The notes below the pieces were generated by a model. The model made no database searches. It was not told where the DNA came from and saw only the letters and a list, made by a program, of their open reading frames with translations. Shown here piece by piece: positions 1 through 13,405 of a DNA stretch of 32,827 nucleotides. The DNA is from Octopus sinensis (taxonomy: Eukaryota). Each line of letters begins with the position of its first letter. Positions within the stretch are counted from its first letter, which is position 1. The position numbers were made by a program, and so were the translations under genes. Location: positions 1-32,827 of the forward strand of contig NW_021832755.1 in NCBI RefSeq assembly GCF_006345805.1. The letters are read 5' to 3'.

Positions 1-333
1 AAACATCGCCAACGGTAACACACGCGGTCATATATATATATATATATATATATCAATACGGAGTAAATAGTTCACAAGAAAAATAAATCACGGAAACATT
101 ATTTGCGAAGATACCATTGACTCTGTTATTATCTAGTGTAACAATTGTTAAATGGTAATAACAGAATCAATAATATAGGTGATTACAGGTCCCAAAAAAT
201 GCATTAAATAGCTGAAGGATTAGAATTAATCAAAGGACATACTAAGTATATCTACCTGCTGGAAATAACAGTCAAAACTCTTATTTAAATCGCCAAAATA
301 CACTGATCACTACAGAAATCAACCGTCCGATGG

Positions 334-540
334 CAAACGGGCTAAGACAATCTCCCAACTTATATTTAAGTATTTGGACTCACGAATCAGTTGTACCGCA
401 GACTTCAACATGACAGCTTGGGAGTCTCTATCATGGTAACGCATGCTGAGGAAGCTGAGGCTATTTTTGCCAGTGCAGAAACTGGTCCAGATGGGTCCAA
501 ATACTTAAATGTAAGTTGGGAGATCGTCTTAGCCCGTTTG
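334..540. repeat. Inverted repeat, 46-bp arms (334-379 / 495-540), 115-bp spacer
   Basis: caaacgggctaagacaatctcccaacttatatttaagtatttggac is the reverse complement of 495-540 with 2 mismatches and no indels. Confidence 0.9.
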
Positions 541-956
541 AGTATCTGAGTATCCACTTTGCGCTACATTAGATTACTAACCGAAATCTCTGACCTCTTA
601 TAGAACAATTTTTCCTGCCAAATTCGACATTACAGTACATTACAAGTCCAGGATGTCTGTGAATTATTGCACTTATATCCTTCAGTGGTTCACTATCAGA
701 CGAAAATTACGCTTCTTTAAAACGATTCCGTTTCTGCGTTCAAATGTAAAATATTACATGTAATCCTCGCTGTTTCTTAGTAACTAATCTCCACAATAAA
801 ATGATAACAAAACCATTCATTCATCTCTTGTTTGCGTCTACTACTTCTGGGAGGGTCATGGAGTTTGTGTCCGCAGGCCTTACTCTAAAGGGTTCTGTCA
901 GAAGCAGCAGTCACTACACTTTCAAGGTGGATTCGCAAGCATAACCAACTGAGACT

Positions 957-1023
957 ATGGATATCGTCGATGATGACGACGATGACAACGATGATGATGT
1001 GGATGTTGATGCTGATGATGATA

Positions 1024-1060
<37 letters not shown>

Positions 1061-1065
1061 CGATG

Positions 1066-1105
<40 letters not shown>

Positions 1106-1124
1106 CGACGATGATGATGATGAT

Positions 1125-1172
<48 letters not shown>

Positions 1173-1232
1173 ATGATGATGATGACAATGACAACGATGC
1201 TGGGGAATGTGGGGGCTTATAACGACGACGAC

Positions 1233-1279
<47 letters not shown>

Positions 1280-1334
1280 CAATGGCAACGATGCTGGGGA
1301 ATGTGGGAGCTGGTGACGACGATGATGATGATAA

Positions 1335-1373
<39 letters not shown>

Positions 1374-1490
1374 TGGCGAGGATAATGACGATAACGACGA
1401 TAACGATTATGGCATCGTCCGAGATGCGACGACAAGTGATAATATTGATGGTAACGGCGATGACGATCATTGTAATAACGATTATCGTAT
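957..1490 (+). repeat. (GAT/GAC)n degenerate trinucleotide block with unique interruptions
   Basis: Long GAT/GAC runs; internal duplicated motif gacaatg(a/g)caacgatgctggggaatgtggg; inverted copy at about 5155-5480. Confidence 0.9.
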
Positions 1491-2130
1491 TGTTTTTAGT
1501 CTAACTTCAGGTCTCTTGCCGGTTGGCCCGGCTTCGAGAATCCGTTTTGTGATTCTTTCCTGTAGCATTCTAAATACACATCCATAATACTGGTGTTGTG
1601 ACCTCTCAATGCGGAGCAGCAACAGCTCCAACTCGATAGATTTCATAATCTACAAGCTATGTACCCTACCGAGTAACCTTACTCCACAGATTCTTTTAGA
1701 GGATCCCCATTTCGGCCGTGTGTGTGCGCAATTGTGCTCTTTTGGCCATTAACCAACATTCATGACCATAGGTAATGATAGACACGAAACCAAATTGAAG
1801 ACAATAAGTTTGGCTTTTTTATCAACTCACCTCTTCTGAGGATCGAATGCTGAAAGAGGTGCATTGCTATGCCAGAACCTGCAATTCTAGCACCTAATTC
1901 AACCATTTGCTTTCCATCACTCTTGAATACCACTCCGAAGTGCTTTTCCACATGCTTCTGTGCTGTGCCACTAGCTCTCAGAGTGCACTGGAAAGGCCTT
2001 CTGAGGAAGAATAATCTCTCAGTATTCAGGGGAACGCCAATTTGGCCACATGTATTCGTGATCATATTCTTTCGGTTATTACCCCAACATCTGAGACCAT
2101 AGACGAGGACAGGTACGAAAACAAAATTGA
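1490..2130 (-). mobile_element. Decayed RTE-clade LINE (Rex3/Expander-like) ORF 3' fragment
   Basis: Minus-strand translation gives ...VEKHFGVVFKSDGKQMVELGARIA... then YGHECWLM...AEMGIL*...RICGV...LLLRIERSQ..YYGCVFRM.QERITKRILEA.PTGKRP, matching the RTE RT thumb/C-terminal region, with stops and frameshifts. Confidence 0.85.
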
Positions 2131-2154
2131 AGAGAGCCAGTTGGGCCTTACTCT

Positions 2155-2389
2155 CTCTCTCTTTACTCTTTTACTTGTTTCAGTCATTTGACTGCGGCCA
2201 TGCCGGAGCACCGCCTTTAGTCGAGCAAATCGACCCCGGGACTTATTCTTTTGTAAGCCCAGTACTTATTCTATCGGTCTCTTTTGCCGAACCGCTAAGT
2301 GACGGGGACGTAAATACACCAGCATCGGTTGTCAAGCAATGCTAGGGGGACAAACACAGACACACAAACATATACACACACATACATAT

Positions 2390-2451
<62 letters not shown>

Positions 2452-2617
2452 TACGACAGGCTCCCTTCAGTTTCCGTCTACCAAATCCACTCACAAGGCA
2501 TTGGTCAGCCTGAGGCTATAGTAGAAGACACTTGCCCAAGATTCCACGCAGTGGGACTGAACCCGGAACCATGTGGTTCGTAAGCAAGCTACTTACCACA
2601 CAGCCACTCCTGCGCCT
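2155..2617 (-). mobile_element. tRNA-derived octopus SINE, family A, full length with internal (TA)n
   Basis: Minus-strand head aggcgcaggagtggctgtgtggtaag...gggttcagtccc (A/B-box-like); tail gactgaaacaagtaaaagag; many related copies in the window. Confidence 0.9.
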
Positions 2618-2631
2618 AATTTTTTTTTTTT

Positions 2632-2810
2632 TTTTTACCAAACTCTCCTCTTCTGAGAATCGAACGCAGGAGCTGGCGCATTACTTTATCAACACGTTCA
2701 GTTCTAGCATCCGATTCAGCCACCTGCTTCCCATCATTCGAGAATACGGCCCCGAGATATTTAAGAATCTCTGCTTGCCTCTGAGTGCACTGGGAAGATG
2801 ATTTTCTTGA
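2632..2810 (-). mobile_element. Second RTE LINE fragment (same region as 1800-2000)
   Basis: ORF 2616-2888: LKYLGAVFSNDGKQVAESDARTERVDKVMRQLLRSILRRGE, the RTE 'KYLG' thumb region. Confidence 0.8.
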
Positions 2811-3081
2811 AAAATCATCCAGAAATAAATGACAGCAATGCATTTTTGTACGCTTGGCTTTTAGGTGATTTATTTGATGCCAATTCAATCACACATAATG
2901 GCATAATTATTTGCCATATGACTCCACTTGGCTCAAATCATATGGCAATGTGTAATATGAATAATTAATTGTAGAATATGCTAAAACGTAGTATAAGCAA
3001 TTAATTATTGTAAAACTGTCTGATGAGGAAAATAGAATAAATAGGTATTCACGTTGTTTAATTTACGAAGGGGGCTTTCAA

Positions 3082-3192
3082 GGGGACGAGCTGGCAGAAT
3101 CGTTAGTAAGCCGGACTAAATGCTTAGCGGCATTTTGTCCTTCCTTACGCTCTGAGTTCAAATTCCGCCGAGGTCGTCTTTGTCTTTCATCC
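3082..3192 (+). mobile_element. SINE family B, 5' fragment
   Basis: gagctggcagaatcgttag...ctgagttcaaattccgccgaggtcg, the same motif as the arrays at 23578 and 28450. Confidence 0.85.
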
Positions 3193-3295
3193 CGCACACA
3201 TATATGTGTGCATGTATGTATGTATGTATGTATGTATGTATGTATGTATGTATGTATGTATGTATGTATGTATGTATGTATTTATGTATGTATGT

Positions 3296-3613
3296 GAAGG
3301 TGCATGGCTTAGTGGTTAGAGCATTCGGCTCACGATTGTAAGGTCGTGAGTTCGATTCCCGGCGACGCGTCGTGTCCTTGAGCAAGACACTTTATTTCAC
3401 GTTGCTCCAGTCCACTCAGCTGGCAAAAATTAGTTATACCTGTATTTCAAAGGGCCGGCCTTGTCACACTCTGTGTCACGCTGAATCTCCTTGAGAACTA
3501 CTTAGGGGTACACTTGTCTGTGGATCGCTCAGCCACTTGCACGTTAATTTCACGAGCAGGCTGTTCCGTTGATCGTATCAGCTGGGACCCTCGTCGTAAC
3601 CGACGGAGTGCTC
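3296..3613 (+). mobile_element. SINE family C (tRNA head plus CORE-like segment), full length
   Basis: A box tggcttagtgg, B box gagttcgattccc, CORE-like tgtccttgagcaagacactt; tail shared with 22301-22680. Confidence 0.85.
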
Positions 3614-3984
3614 CTATGCATGTATATATGTATTATGTATTTATACACGCACACACAAACACTACACTGAAAAACGGGAGACTGACGAGATACATATTAG
3701 TATGTATACACATATATACATTTCTCTTTTATAAAGAGATTCTTACGGGACAAGTACTGTTGCACTCTTGAAGAATTCTTTGGAAGATTTGATGATTTCC
3801 CAGGAATGCAACAATACTTGTCCCTACAAGAGTCACTAATCATTAAATAAATTAATATGTCATCTACTTGAGATATTGAGTACTCTGTATTAATTGTGGC
3901 TCCCCCCGATCCTGACGGAATCTCCAGCTGCAATTATATAAGTGAGATATGTGTGCGTATGTGTTTGAGTTCTTGTAGGTTATA

Positions 3985-4680
<696 letters not shown>

Positions 4681-4825
4681 TGTTATAAGCTAACCAAACA
4701 TTCTCCATCGCTGTTGGCCAATTATATTACAGACCTCCTACCGAAGCGACAAGTTTTGCCGGAAGCAATGTAATATTATAGATTCATTTTAAATTGCTCT
4801 AATGGACGAAAAGCAGCCTCTTTTT

Positions 4826-5640
<815 letters not shown>

Positions 5641-5929
5641 TGCTTTTTCTTTTACACTTTTTATACGATCTTACTTAGTGAACAAGTAAGTGGGAAAAGA
5701 ATGTTCTTGTTACTGTTGTTGTTTTTGCTGTTGTCTGACTTTTACTAAATTTTTGTATATATGTATATATATTTTTTTGTCTATTTCCTATGGCGTGATA
5801 GTGAAGGTGTGCTTGTGCGGATGGGAGATGGCGGGATGGGGTGCGCGAAATACTTATCTTATTGATTATCGACTTTTCTTTAAAAATAGCTATTTTAATG
5901 TAGTTTAACGGGAAGAGATGGAGTGATGG

Positions 5930-5977
5930 CAAATAGACAGACAGACAGACAGAGAGAGAGAGAGAGAGAGAGAGAAT

Positions 5978-6023
<46 letters not shown>

Positions 6024-6026
6024 TAT

Positions 6027-6105
<79 letters not shown>

Positions 6106-6130
6106 TAGATAGATAGATAGATAGATAGAC

Positions 6131-6173
<43 letters not shown>

Positions 6174-6238
6174 CTGATTGATTGATTGATTGATTGATTG
6201 ACTGAGCGATTGATTGATTGATTGATTGACTGACTGAC

Positions 6239-6269
<31 letters not shown>

Positions 6270-6280
6270 CTTATGATAGA
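5930..6280. repeat. Compound tetranucleotide array GACA-GA-GACA-GATA-GATT/GACT
   Basis: Directly visible. Confidence 0.95.
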
Positions 6281-6285
6281 TCGGT

Positions 6286-6527
6286 ATCTTTTATCTTTTA
6301 CTTGTTTCAGTCATTACATGGCGACCATGCTGGGACGCAGCCTTGATGAATTTTCGTCAAACGAATCTAGCTCCAGTACTTTTGTTTTAAGCGTGGTATT
6401 TATTCTATTGGTCATTTTTGCCGAACCACTAGGTATGGGGACCTAAACACGCCAACAACGGTTGTCATGAGGTAGTGGGTGACAATTACAATCACAAAGA
6501 CAGACGTATATATTATAGATAGATAGC

Positions 6528-6593
<66 letters not shown>

Positions 6594-6753
6594 GGCTATG
6601 GGCTTCTTTTGGGTTCTGTCTACCAAATTCTTTCACAAGGCTTTGGTCAGTATGGGACTATAGTAGAAAACACTTGCCCAAGGTGCCACGCAATGGGACT
6701 GAACCTGGAACCATGTGGTTGGGAAGTAAACTTCTTATCACACAGTCACGCCT
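6286..6753 (-). mobile_element. SINE family A, diverged copy with internal GATA/GACA array
   Basis: Homologous to 2155-2617 at both head and tail. Confidence 0.88.
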
Positions 6754-6759
6754 AGGGAG

Positions 6760-6957
6760 GCAGGTAGATAGGTAAGTAGGTAGGTAAGTAGGTAGGTAGG
6801 TAGGTAGGTAGGTAGGTAGGTAGGTAGGTAAGTAGGTAGGTAGGTAGGTAGGTAGGTAGGTAGGTAGGCAGGCAGGTAGGTAGGTAGGTAGGTAGGTAGG
6901 TAGGTAGGTAGGTAGATAGGTAGGTAGGTAGGTAGGTAGGTAGGTAGGTAGGTAGGT
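6760..6957. repeat. (TAGG)n microsatellite
   Basis: Directly visible. Confidence 0.95.
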
Positions 6958-7298
6958 TGCTAGATGAATGGATGAATGATAGATCAATGGATGGATGGAT
7001 TGGTTGACAATGGTCGTGATGATGACGGTTAGTAAGCCAGAAACTTGTGTCGACGACAGTCTTCGTATCTCCAGACAAAAAACCTGTACTTTTCCTTAAT
7101 GGCAAGTCATCGCTGGAGAATCCTTAATTCTTGAGATTATCTTAATTACCATTACATGATTAAGACGCATCCAGAGACACAGATAAGTTTAGTAAATCAA
7201 AAATTTGTTTACATTATGTATGTATGTATGTATGTATGTATGTATGTATGTATGTATGTACGTACGTATGTATGTATGTATGTATGTATATATGTATG

Positions 7299-7399
<101 letters not shown>

Positions 7400-7475
7400 G
7401 AGAGATTCACAAAAAAGCAAAAGACGAAGAGACAACAAACAGATGCATTAGTATAACGCTCGGAAAGTGAAAAAG

Positions 7476-7513
7476 TCTTTAACATTTCGAGCCTATGCTC
7501 TTCCACAGAAAGG
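7476..7513 (-). ncRNA. Variant minimal type-I hammerhead-ribozyme-like motif, copy 1
   Basis: Minus strand: CCTTT-CTGTGGAA-GAGC-ATAG-GCTC-GAAA-TG-TT-AAAGA. Confidence 0.4.
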
Positions 7514-7577
7514 AACACAGAAAGAAACGAAGAGAGAAAATAAAGAATGTGTAGTGGCTAGCGATCTATCATGGCGA

Positions 7578-7608
<31 letters not shown>

Positions 7609-7621
7609 CGTGTGTGTGTGT

Positions 7622-7657
<36 letters not shown>

Positions 7658-7774
7658 TATGTATGTATGTGTGTATGTATGTATAGTTGAAATTTACAGA
7701 AAAGCAAAAGACGAAGACAGGTGTATAAACAACAAACAGGTGTATTAGTTTTAACGCTCGGGAAGGTGAGAAAG

Positions 7775-7812
7775 TCTTTCACCTTTCGAGCCTGCGCTCT
7801 TCAACAGAAAGA
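7775..7812 (-). ncRNA. Variant minimal type-I hammerhead-ribozyme-like motif, copy 2
   Basis: Minus strand: TCTTT-CTGTTGAA-GAGC-GCAG-GCTC-GAAA-GG-TG-AAAGA. Confidence 0.4.
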
Positions 7813-8456
7813 AACACGAGGAAATAAAGTGAGAAAGACAAAAACATTTGTGGATTTAGTGGTCAATCATGATATTTGGTGAGCTAACAAGAATCATCAG
7901 CACACACAACATATACAAAGAGAAAGAAAGAAAGAAGGAAGGAAAGAAAGAAAGAAAGAAAGACATTACAAGTGAGAGGATGAGAGTAACATTATGAGAA
8001 TGAGAGAAACATTAAAAAGTCTAATGTCAAATAAGTCAGCATCGAATCAGCGTTGCCAAACTGGCGACGCCAAAACGACTGTGCCATAACGTCTCATACC
8101 CACTGTTCGTACTCACAGCTGGCTGAACTGTTCCTCATATAGTATCCACTAAAAATCAGGAAGACCATACTCCACAGTGGTGGCCACATAGTATAGCTTG
8201 ATTTATACCTCACTAACATGCATAAATACAACGAGCTGAATTGGACGTCACTTTGGTACCCGAGTATTCTGAACTCTGCGAGGTTCCCTGATTGATCTGA
8301 GGTGATTGTTCCTTTATAAGAACGCGTTTTTCTTCGCTTTGTTTTTGTCGTTACTGTTTATTCCGTTATAAACGTGTTATGCCAAGCTGACGAGTTTTAA
8401 AAAGGATGAAACCGTACCTTACATAGCTACAAACGACTGGGAACCTTAAGATTTTT

Positions 8457-8824
8457 AGGTGCAGGAATGGCTGTGTGGTAATACGTTTGCTTGACAACGA
8501 GATGGCTCCGAGTTCAGTGCCGGACATGTGGGACAAAGCCTTGTGAATTGATTTGGGAGATGGTAATTGCAAAAGCCCATCATCTGTGTGTGTGTGTTTG
8601 TGCTTGTGTTTGTCACTTTGTCACTCACCCCCGCTTGGCAACCAGCATTAGTGTGTTTAAGTCTCTCCTTAAATTAACGGTTCGACAAAAGCGACCGATA
8701 GAATAAAGGACCAGGCTTTAAAAAATAAAAAAAAGCACTGGAATCGATTCGTTCGACTAAAAAATTGTTTAAGGCAGTGCTCCAGCATGGCCGCGGTCTA
8801 ATGACTGAAACAAACAAAAGATAA
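8457..8824 (+). mobile_element. SINE family A, diverged and internally deleted
   Basis: Head aggtgcaggaatggctgtgtggtaa; tail ctccagcatggccgcggtctaatgactgaaac. Confidence 0.85.
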
Positions 8825-9099
8825 AAAAACTTGTTGGAAAAAACACATATTAAGCGTATGTATTCTGTATACCTTTGCTGACTTCAAAACCAGCCTCAAC
8901 TTGACTAAATGTAGAAGAGATTCTCTCCCCTATATTAGTTGACCACCAGGGGTATACCACGTGTTCATACTGTGGCTTTTCGTGTCTCTTTTTGTTCTCA
9001 AATTCCATTCTGTAAAAAAACCCCAAAGGATAATTGTAAGTTTTGTAATTTTTCAAGCAACGTTCCTTCAACTGTTACCCCTTTCACGAAATAAAGTAA

Positions 9100-9157
<58 letters not shown>

Positions 9158-9313
9158 CGTTGTTGTTGTTGTTGTTTTTGTTGTTGTTGTTGTTGTTGTT
9201 GTTGATGTTGATGTTGTTGTGTTATTGTTATTGTTATTATTATTATTATTATTATTATTGTTATTATTATTGTTGTTATTATTATTATTATAAAATTGTT
9301 GTTGTTGTTGTTG

Positions 9314-9348
<35 letters not shown>

Positions 9349-9642
9349 GTTATTATTATTATTATGGTTATTATTATTATTATTATTATTATAAAATTAC
9401 TGTTGTTGTTATTGTTATTATTATTATTATAATATTATTGTTATTATTATTGTTGTTATTATTATTATCATTATAAAATTGTTGTTGTTGTTGTTGTTAT
9501 TATTATTATTATTGTTATTATTATTATTGTTGTTGTTATTATTATTATTGTTATTGTTATTATTATTGTTGTTGTTATTATTATTATTGTTATTGTTATT
9601 ATTATTATTATATTATTATTATTATTATTATTATTATTGTTA

Positions 9643-9677
<35 letters not shown>

Positions 9678-9752
9678 GTTGTTGTTGTTGTTGTTGTTGT
9701 TGATATTGTTATTATTATCATCATCATCATCATCACTATTGCTGTTGTTGTT
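9100..9752. repeat. (TAT/TGT)n compound trinucleotide array
   Basis: Directly visible; punctuated three times by ataaaatt. Confidence 0.95.
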
Positions 9753-10129
9753 TTCTTTTGTCTCTGTAATATTCTAGTTCTTGTTGCTCCTATCGCGTAT
9801 TAAAGATGCCTGATTTTTGCTTTTGATTTTTTTTGGTTCTTTGTTAGTTTTTTGTTTGTTTGTTTGTTTGTTTTTTGGTTTCACGACACATAAAAATAAA
9901 AAATATCTTTTCACTGATTTGATGCGTCAGATTGGGTGATGGTGGTACGAGGATGTAATTAGGGGAGAATGCTTTTAATTTGGGAAAAAAATAATGAAGA
10001 AAATGGTGGAAACTAACGAAGTATAGGAGAGAGAGAGAGAGAGAGAGAAATAAAGTATGATGGCTAACAGAACAGATATTAGTGTTAGACCGTACAACGG
10101 GAGGTGTGACATCACCTTCCTTCTCATCC

Positions 10130-10737
10130 TAGCTCTCTACCTCCCACTTTCTGCTTCTCTCTCGCACTCTCCCTCTCCCTCTTTTGTTGTTGCTCTCTCT
10201 ATTGTTGTTGCCCCTCTTCCATTCCCCTCTCTCTCTCTCTCTCCACTTTTCTCTCTCCCCTCTCACCCGTTTTCTTTCTTCTCTCTCTCAATTTCTCTCG
10301 CCTCTCTTTCCTCTTTCTCTTCTCCTCTCTCTCTCCTTTTCTCTCTCCTCTCTTTCTCCCTCTGTCTCTATCCATGTTCCTCTTTCTCTCTCTCTCTCTC
10401 TCTCTTCCATTCCCCTCTCTCTCTCTCTCTCTCCTCTCTTTCCTCTCTCTTCTTCTCTCCCTCCTTTTCTCTCTTCTCTCTCTCCTCTCCTTCCTCTCTC
10501 TCTCTTCTTCTCTCCTCCTCCCTCCCTTTCTATCGCTGTCGCTCTCTGTTCCTGTGTCTCTCTGTATCCCTGCCTGTCTGTCTGTCTCTCTCTCTCTGTT
10601 CCTATCCGCTTGTCCCAATCTCTGTCTCTGTCTCTCTCTCTCTCTCTTCCATTCCCCTCTCTCTCCTCCATATTCTTCTCTCTCCTCTCTTTCTCCCTCT
10701 GTCTCTATCCATGTTCCTCTTTCTCTCTCTCTCTCTT
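10130..10737. repeat. CT-rich polypyrimidine tract with internal duplications
   Basis: cttccattcccctctct occurs 3 times; tctttctccctctgtctctatccatgttcctctttctc occurs twice. Confidence 0.9.
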
Positions 10738-11591
10738 AGTCAAATCTTGAAATAAAGAAAAAACAGAGCTTTGGGGACGTTAGTTTGTGTGTGGTGTGTA
10801 TGTGTGTGTGTGTGTGTGTGTACGTGTGTGTGTGTGTGTCTGTGTGCGCGAGTCTAAATGTTCATAGTCCCTATCAACCCTCTGTCACCTGAAATGTGCT
10901 GAATAGCGTGATGTGTAGCGGGAAGGGGTTCTGGTTGGGGAGAGGAAGGTGGAGGTGACGGTATAAGATATGGCGATGTTTAGGAACGACGAGTGGCGCT
11001 CTTTCACATCAAAAGATATTTTCCCTGACGTGGGTCGTGTGTGTATGTTTGTGCGTGTGTCTATATGCGCGCGCGCGCCTGAAGAACTAATAAAAAGCAT
11101 TTTGAAAAATATTTCGTTTCTGTATTTGCTTTGCAAGATGTTTGATGTGAACTCTTGTGTTGTATCTTGGGACGGTCATTGTGCTAATAATAGACACACG
11201 CTCTGGTTCTATCTCACTTATTTACTTGTCAATAGGTTAACCACATAACCCTTTAACTAACTGGTTATTTGATTAATCGTTCGGCTAGTCAATCAATCAG
11301 CTAGATTGATTGACGATAATGATGATGATGTTGTTGATATCAAACTCCTTTCGTCACCATTCGCGACCTCATCAAATAGTGCCCTCTTTACCCCCGGTCT
11401 ACGCCAGGTCCGTGTGTCTGTCTTTTTGTTTTTGCGGGTTTTATATCTATTTAGATGTATAAATATGACAATTTATGACAATTTATGTGCGAGAGGGTGA
11501 GAGAGAGAAAGAAGTGAAAATAACAATATGAAATGTAAATGAGAAGAAAATGCAAAGATCGATCTAAAGAGTTTCAGACTCTGGTAACTGT

Positions 11592-11655
11592 CACTCTGTC
11601 GGTAACGACGACGAATGTTGCAGTTGATCCGATCAGCGGGAACAGCCAGTTCGTA
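11592..11655 (-). mobile_element. SINE tail fragment (C/D-type tail)
   Basis: Reverse complement resembles ggctgttccgttgatcg.atca.ctgg...cgtcgtaaccgacggagtg at 3560-3610. Confidence 0.7.
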
Positions 11656-12038
11656 GATTCTTCTCGATTTTGATGACCAAGTTCTTGAAGAGTTCTTGAA
11701 TACCGTAGTTAAGAAAAATCCAAAGCAAGCTGCACGAAAATTAGCAAAGCAGTTCAAGTCAAGTTATACTTCAATCAAAAAACACCTTTACGAATTAGTA
11801 AAAGTGTCTAAATATGTTCAGTAGGTACCTCATCATCTGGTTGCTTCCTAGGCTAATTAAAGAGCTGCCGTAATTTAAGGCTTGCTACTTGAGAAGAAGA
11901 ATCAGAAATAAGGAAAAGCGAATTCTCTAGATTCATATCAAACGGAAATGATAATGGTCAGTACCCAGTGTAAAAGGAGTGTCTATCCCCAAAGAGAGAC
12001 TATACCTGAAGGAAATTACGCTCTGTGTTTGGTGAGTT

Positions 12039-12120
12039 ATGAAGAGTCTCGTCTGCCATGAAGGGTGTCGTCTGCCATGAAGAGTGTCATCTGCCATGAA
12101 GGGTGTCGTCTGCCATGAAG
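12039..12120 (+). repeat. 19-bp minisatellite, ~4.3 copies, inside the mariner remnant
   Basis: atgaagRgtSTcRtctgcc repeated four times. Confidence 0.95.
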
Positions 12121-12157
12121 TGTTTAGCCAAAACGAAACAGTGAATGCATTGAAGCA

Positions 12158-12483
12158 ATTCTTTTATTCTTTTATTCTTTTACTTGTTTCAGTTATTTGA
12201 TTGCGGCCATGCTAGGGCACCGCTTTGAAGGATTTTAGCTGAACGAATCGACCCCAGGACTTATTTTATTCAAGATTGATACTTATTGTATCGCTCCCTT
12301 TTGCCGAATTGCTAAGTTATGTAGACATAAACAAATCATCACTTGTTGCCAAGCGATGGTGAGGACTTGCGCAGGCACAAACGAGGTTATAGTAGAAGAC
12401 ATTTGTCCAAGGTGCCACGCAGTGGGACTGAACCCGGGACTATGTGGTTGGAAAGCAAACTTACTACACATCCACACTTGTAC
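12158..12483 (-). mobile_element. SINE family A inserted in the mariner
   Basis: cttttacttgtttcagttatttgattgcggccatgc...gtgggactgaacccggga; central part deleted. Confidence 0.88.
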
Positions 12484-13269
12484 AAAAATTTGTAGAAAAA
12501 TCACGTCCTTCACTGGTTAATCGAAAAGGACTGTTATTCTTTCACAATAATGCAAGACCATATATTGCCCAAGTCCATCAGAAAAGTATCATAGCACTAA
12601 ATATAAAATTTTGCCTCATTCACCCTAATCTTCTGACTGTCGTCTTTTCAAATCATCGCAACTTTATTCAGAAGGAAAACAGGTTATTTCTTGTGAAAAG
12701 GTTTTAAAACGATATTGAGTGTTTCTTTGCTCTTTAAAATATGGTGAATCTTTCGCCTGAGGGATACACAATTTGGCAAGTAGATGGGATTAAGCTATCA
12801 ATAATAAGGAGAAATATTATCTTGATTTGCGGACCCGTGAATACGGGTCCCGCTAGTCAAGATATTTATGTTTTTCACGGAATTAATGGTAAACCTACAG
12901 GGTTATTTCTGAAAATTTCTGAAAGCATCGCCTGTGTTGTGTCTGGATGGGAAGATAGTAAATCGGAGACAGATTTACTTTTGTCTTTATAGCACATAAA
13001 GAAAACGGTGTTGTAGTGATGTAAGCATTACGTGTACTACAGCAGTACTATGCATAGCTTTAATACCGAGATTCAAAGGTAGGGGCGAATTATGTCTACC
13101 TAATCTACAAAAAAAATAAAATATCTTGCATTTTATGCATAGTAATCAGTGTAATCTTCATAGTTTTATTGAATTAGGTGCATATTTGCCATAAAAGGAA
13201 AATGCTATTATCGATCTATATTATTCAGGGTAGGCACTGCCTACATCACCTACCTAAGCGGCATGTCCC

Positions 13270-13323
<54 letters not shown>

Positions 13324-13405
13324 GAATAAGGGTAGAAATTGATATTAATCAATTAAAACCAGTGGCCTAGCATATTTTAAAAAATCCGAAGATTAAAAAT
13401 TTTTT

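Larger units (their letters stand above)
7400..7870 (-). mobile_element. Two tandem copies (~300-bp period) of a dispersed repeat with a hammerhead-like motif (Penelope-LTR/retrozyme-like)
   Basis: Units aaaagcaaaagacgaaga...acgctcgg..agtga...tttcgagcct..gctcttc.acagaaag at about 7410-7575 and 7698-7870; a third copy on the opposite strand at 14390-14585. Confidence 0.7.
11665..12820 (+). pseudogene. Decayed mariner (Tc1/mariner) transposase, interrupted by a SINE
   Basis: Successive motifs: NPKQAARKLAKQF (HTH), Q*VPHHL (WVPHEL), LCVW*, NETVNA, RPSLVNRKGLLFFHNNARPY (HDNARPH), LPHSP*SSD (YSPDL), GIHNLASRWD. Confidence 0.88.

Noticed and set aside
955-1587. Poly-D/H/M/S ORFs (and similar ORFs at 4799-5748, 8961-9703, 10057-10755, 16595-17129)
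   Set aside because: Stop-free frames of tri- and dinucleotide microsatellites; no domain or splice support.
3296-3370. tRNA-like A/B boxes (also 22301-22375)
   Set aside because: SINE heads continuing into SINE bodies; no complete cloverleaf.
3697-3933. ORF containing VDDILI, reminiscent of an RT active site
   Set aside because: No Y/F before VDD and no other RT motifs; likely chance.
8943-8956. CCACCAGGGG partial CTCF-like motif
   Set aside because: The 3' GCGC part of the core is missing.
10885-11136. Unique-sequence ORFs or possible exon
   Set aside because: No recognisable protein similarity; partly overlaps TG repeats.
11288-11314. Perfect 11-bp hairpin gtcaatcaatc/gattgattgac
   Set aside because: Built from ATTG microsatellite units; expected in this context.
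13078-13270. Possible hAT-like MITE ending ...gcggcatgtccctg
   Set aside because: No matching left TIR or TSD found.
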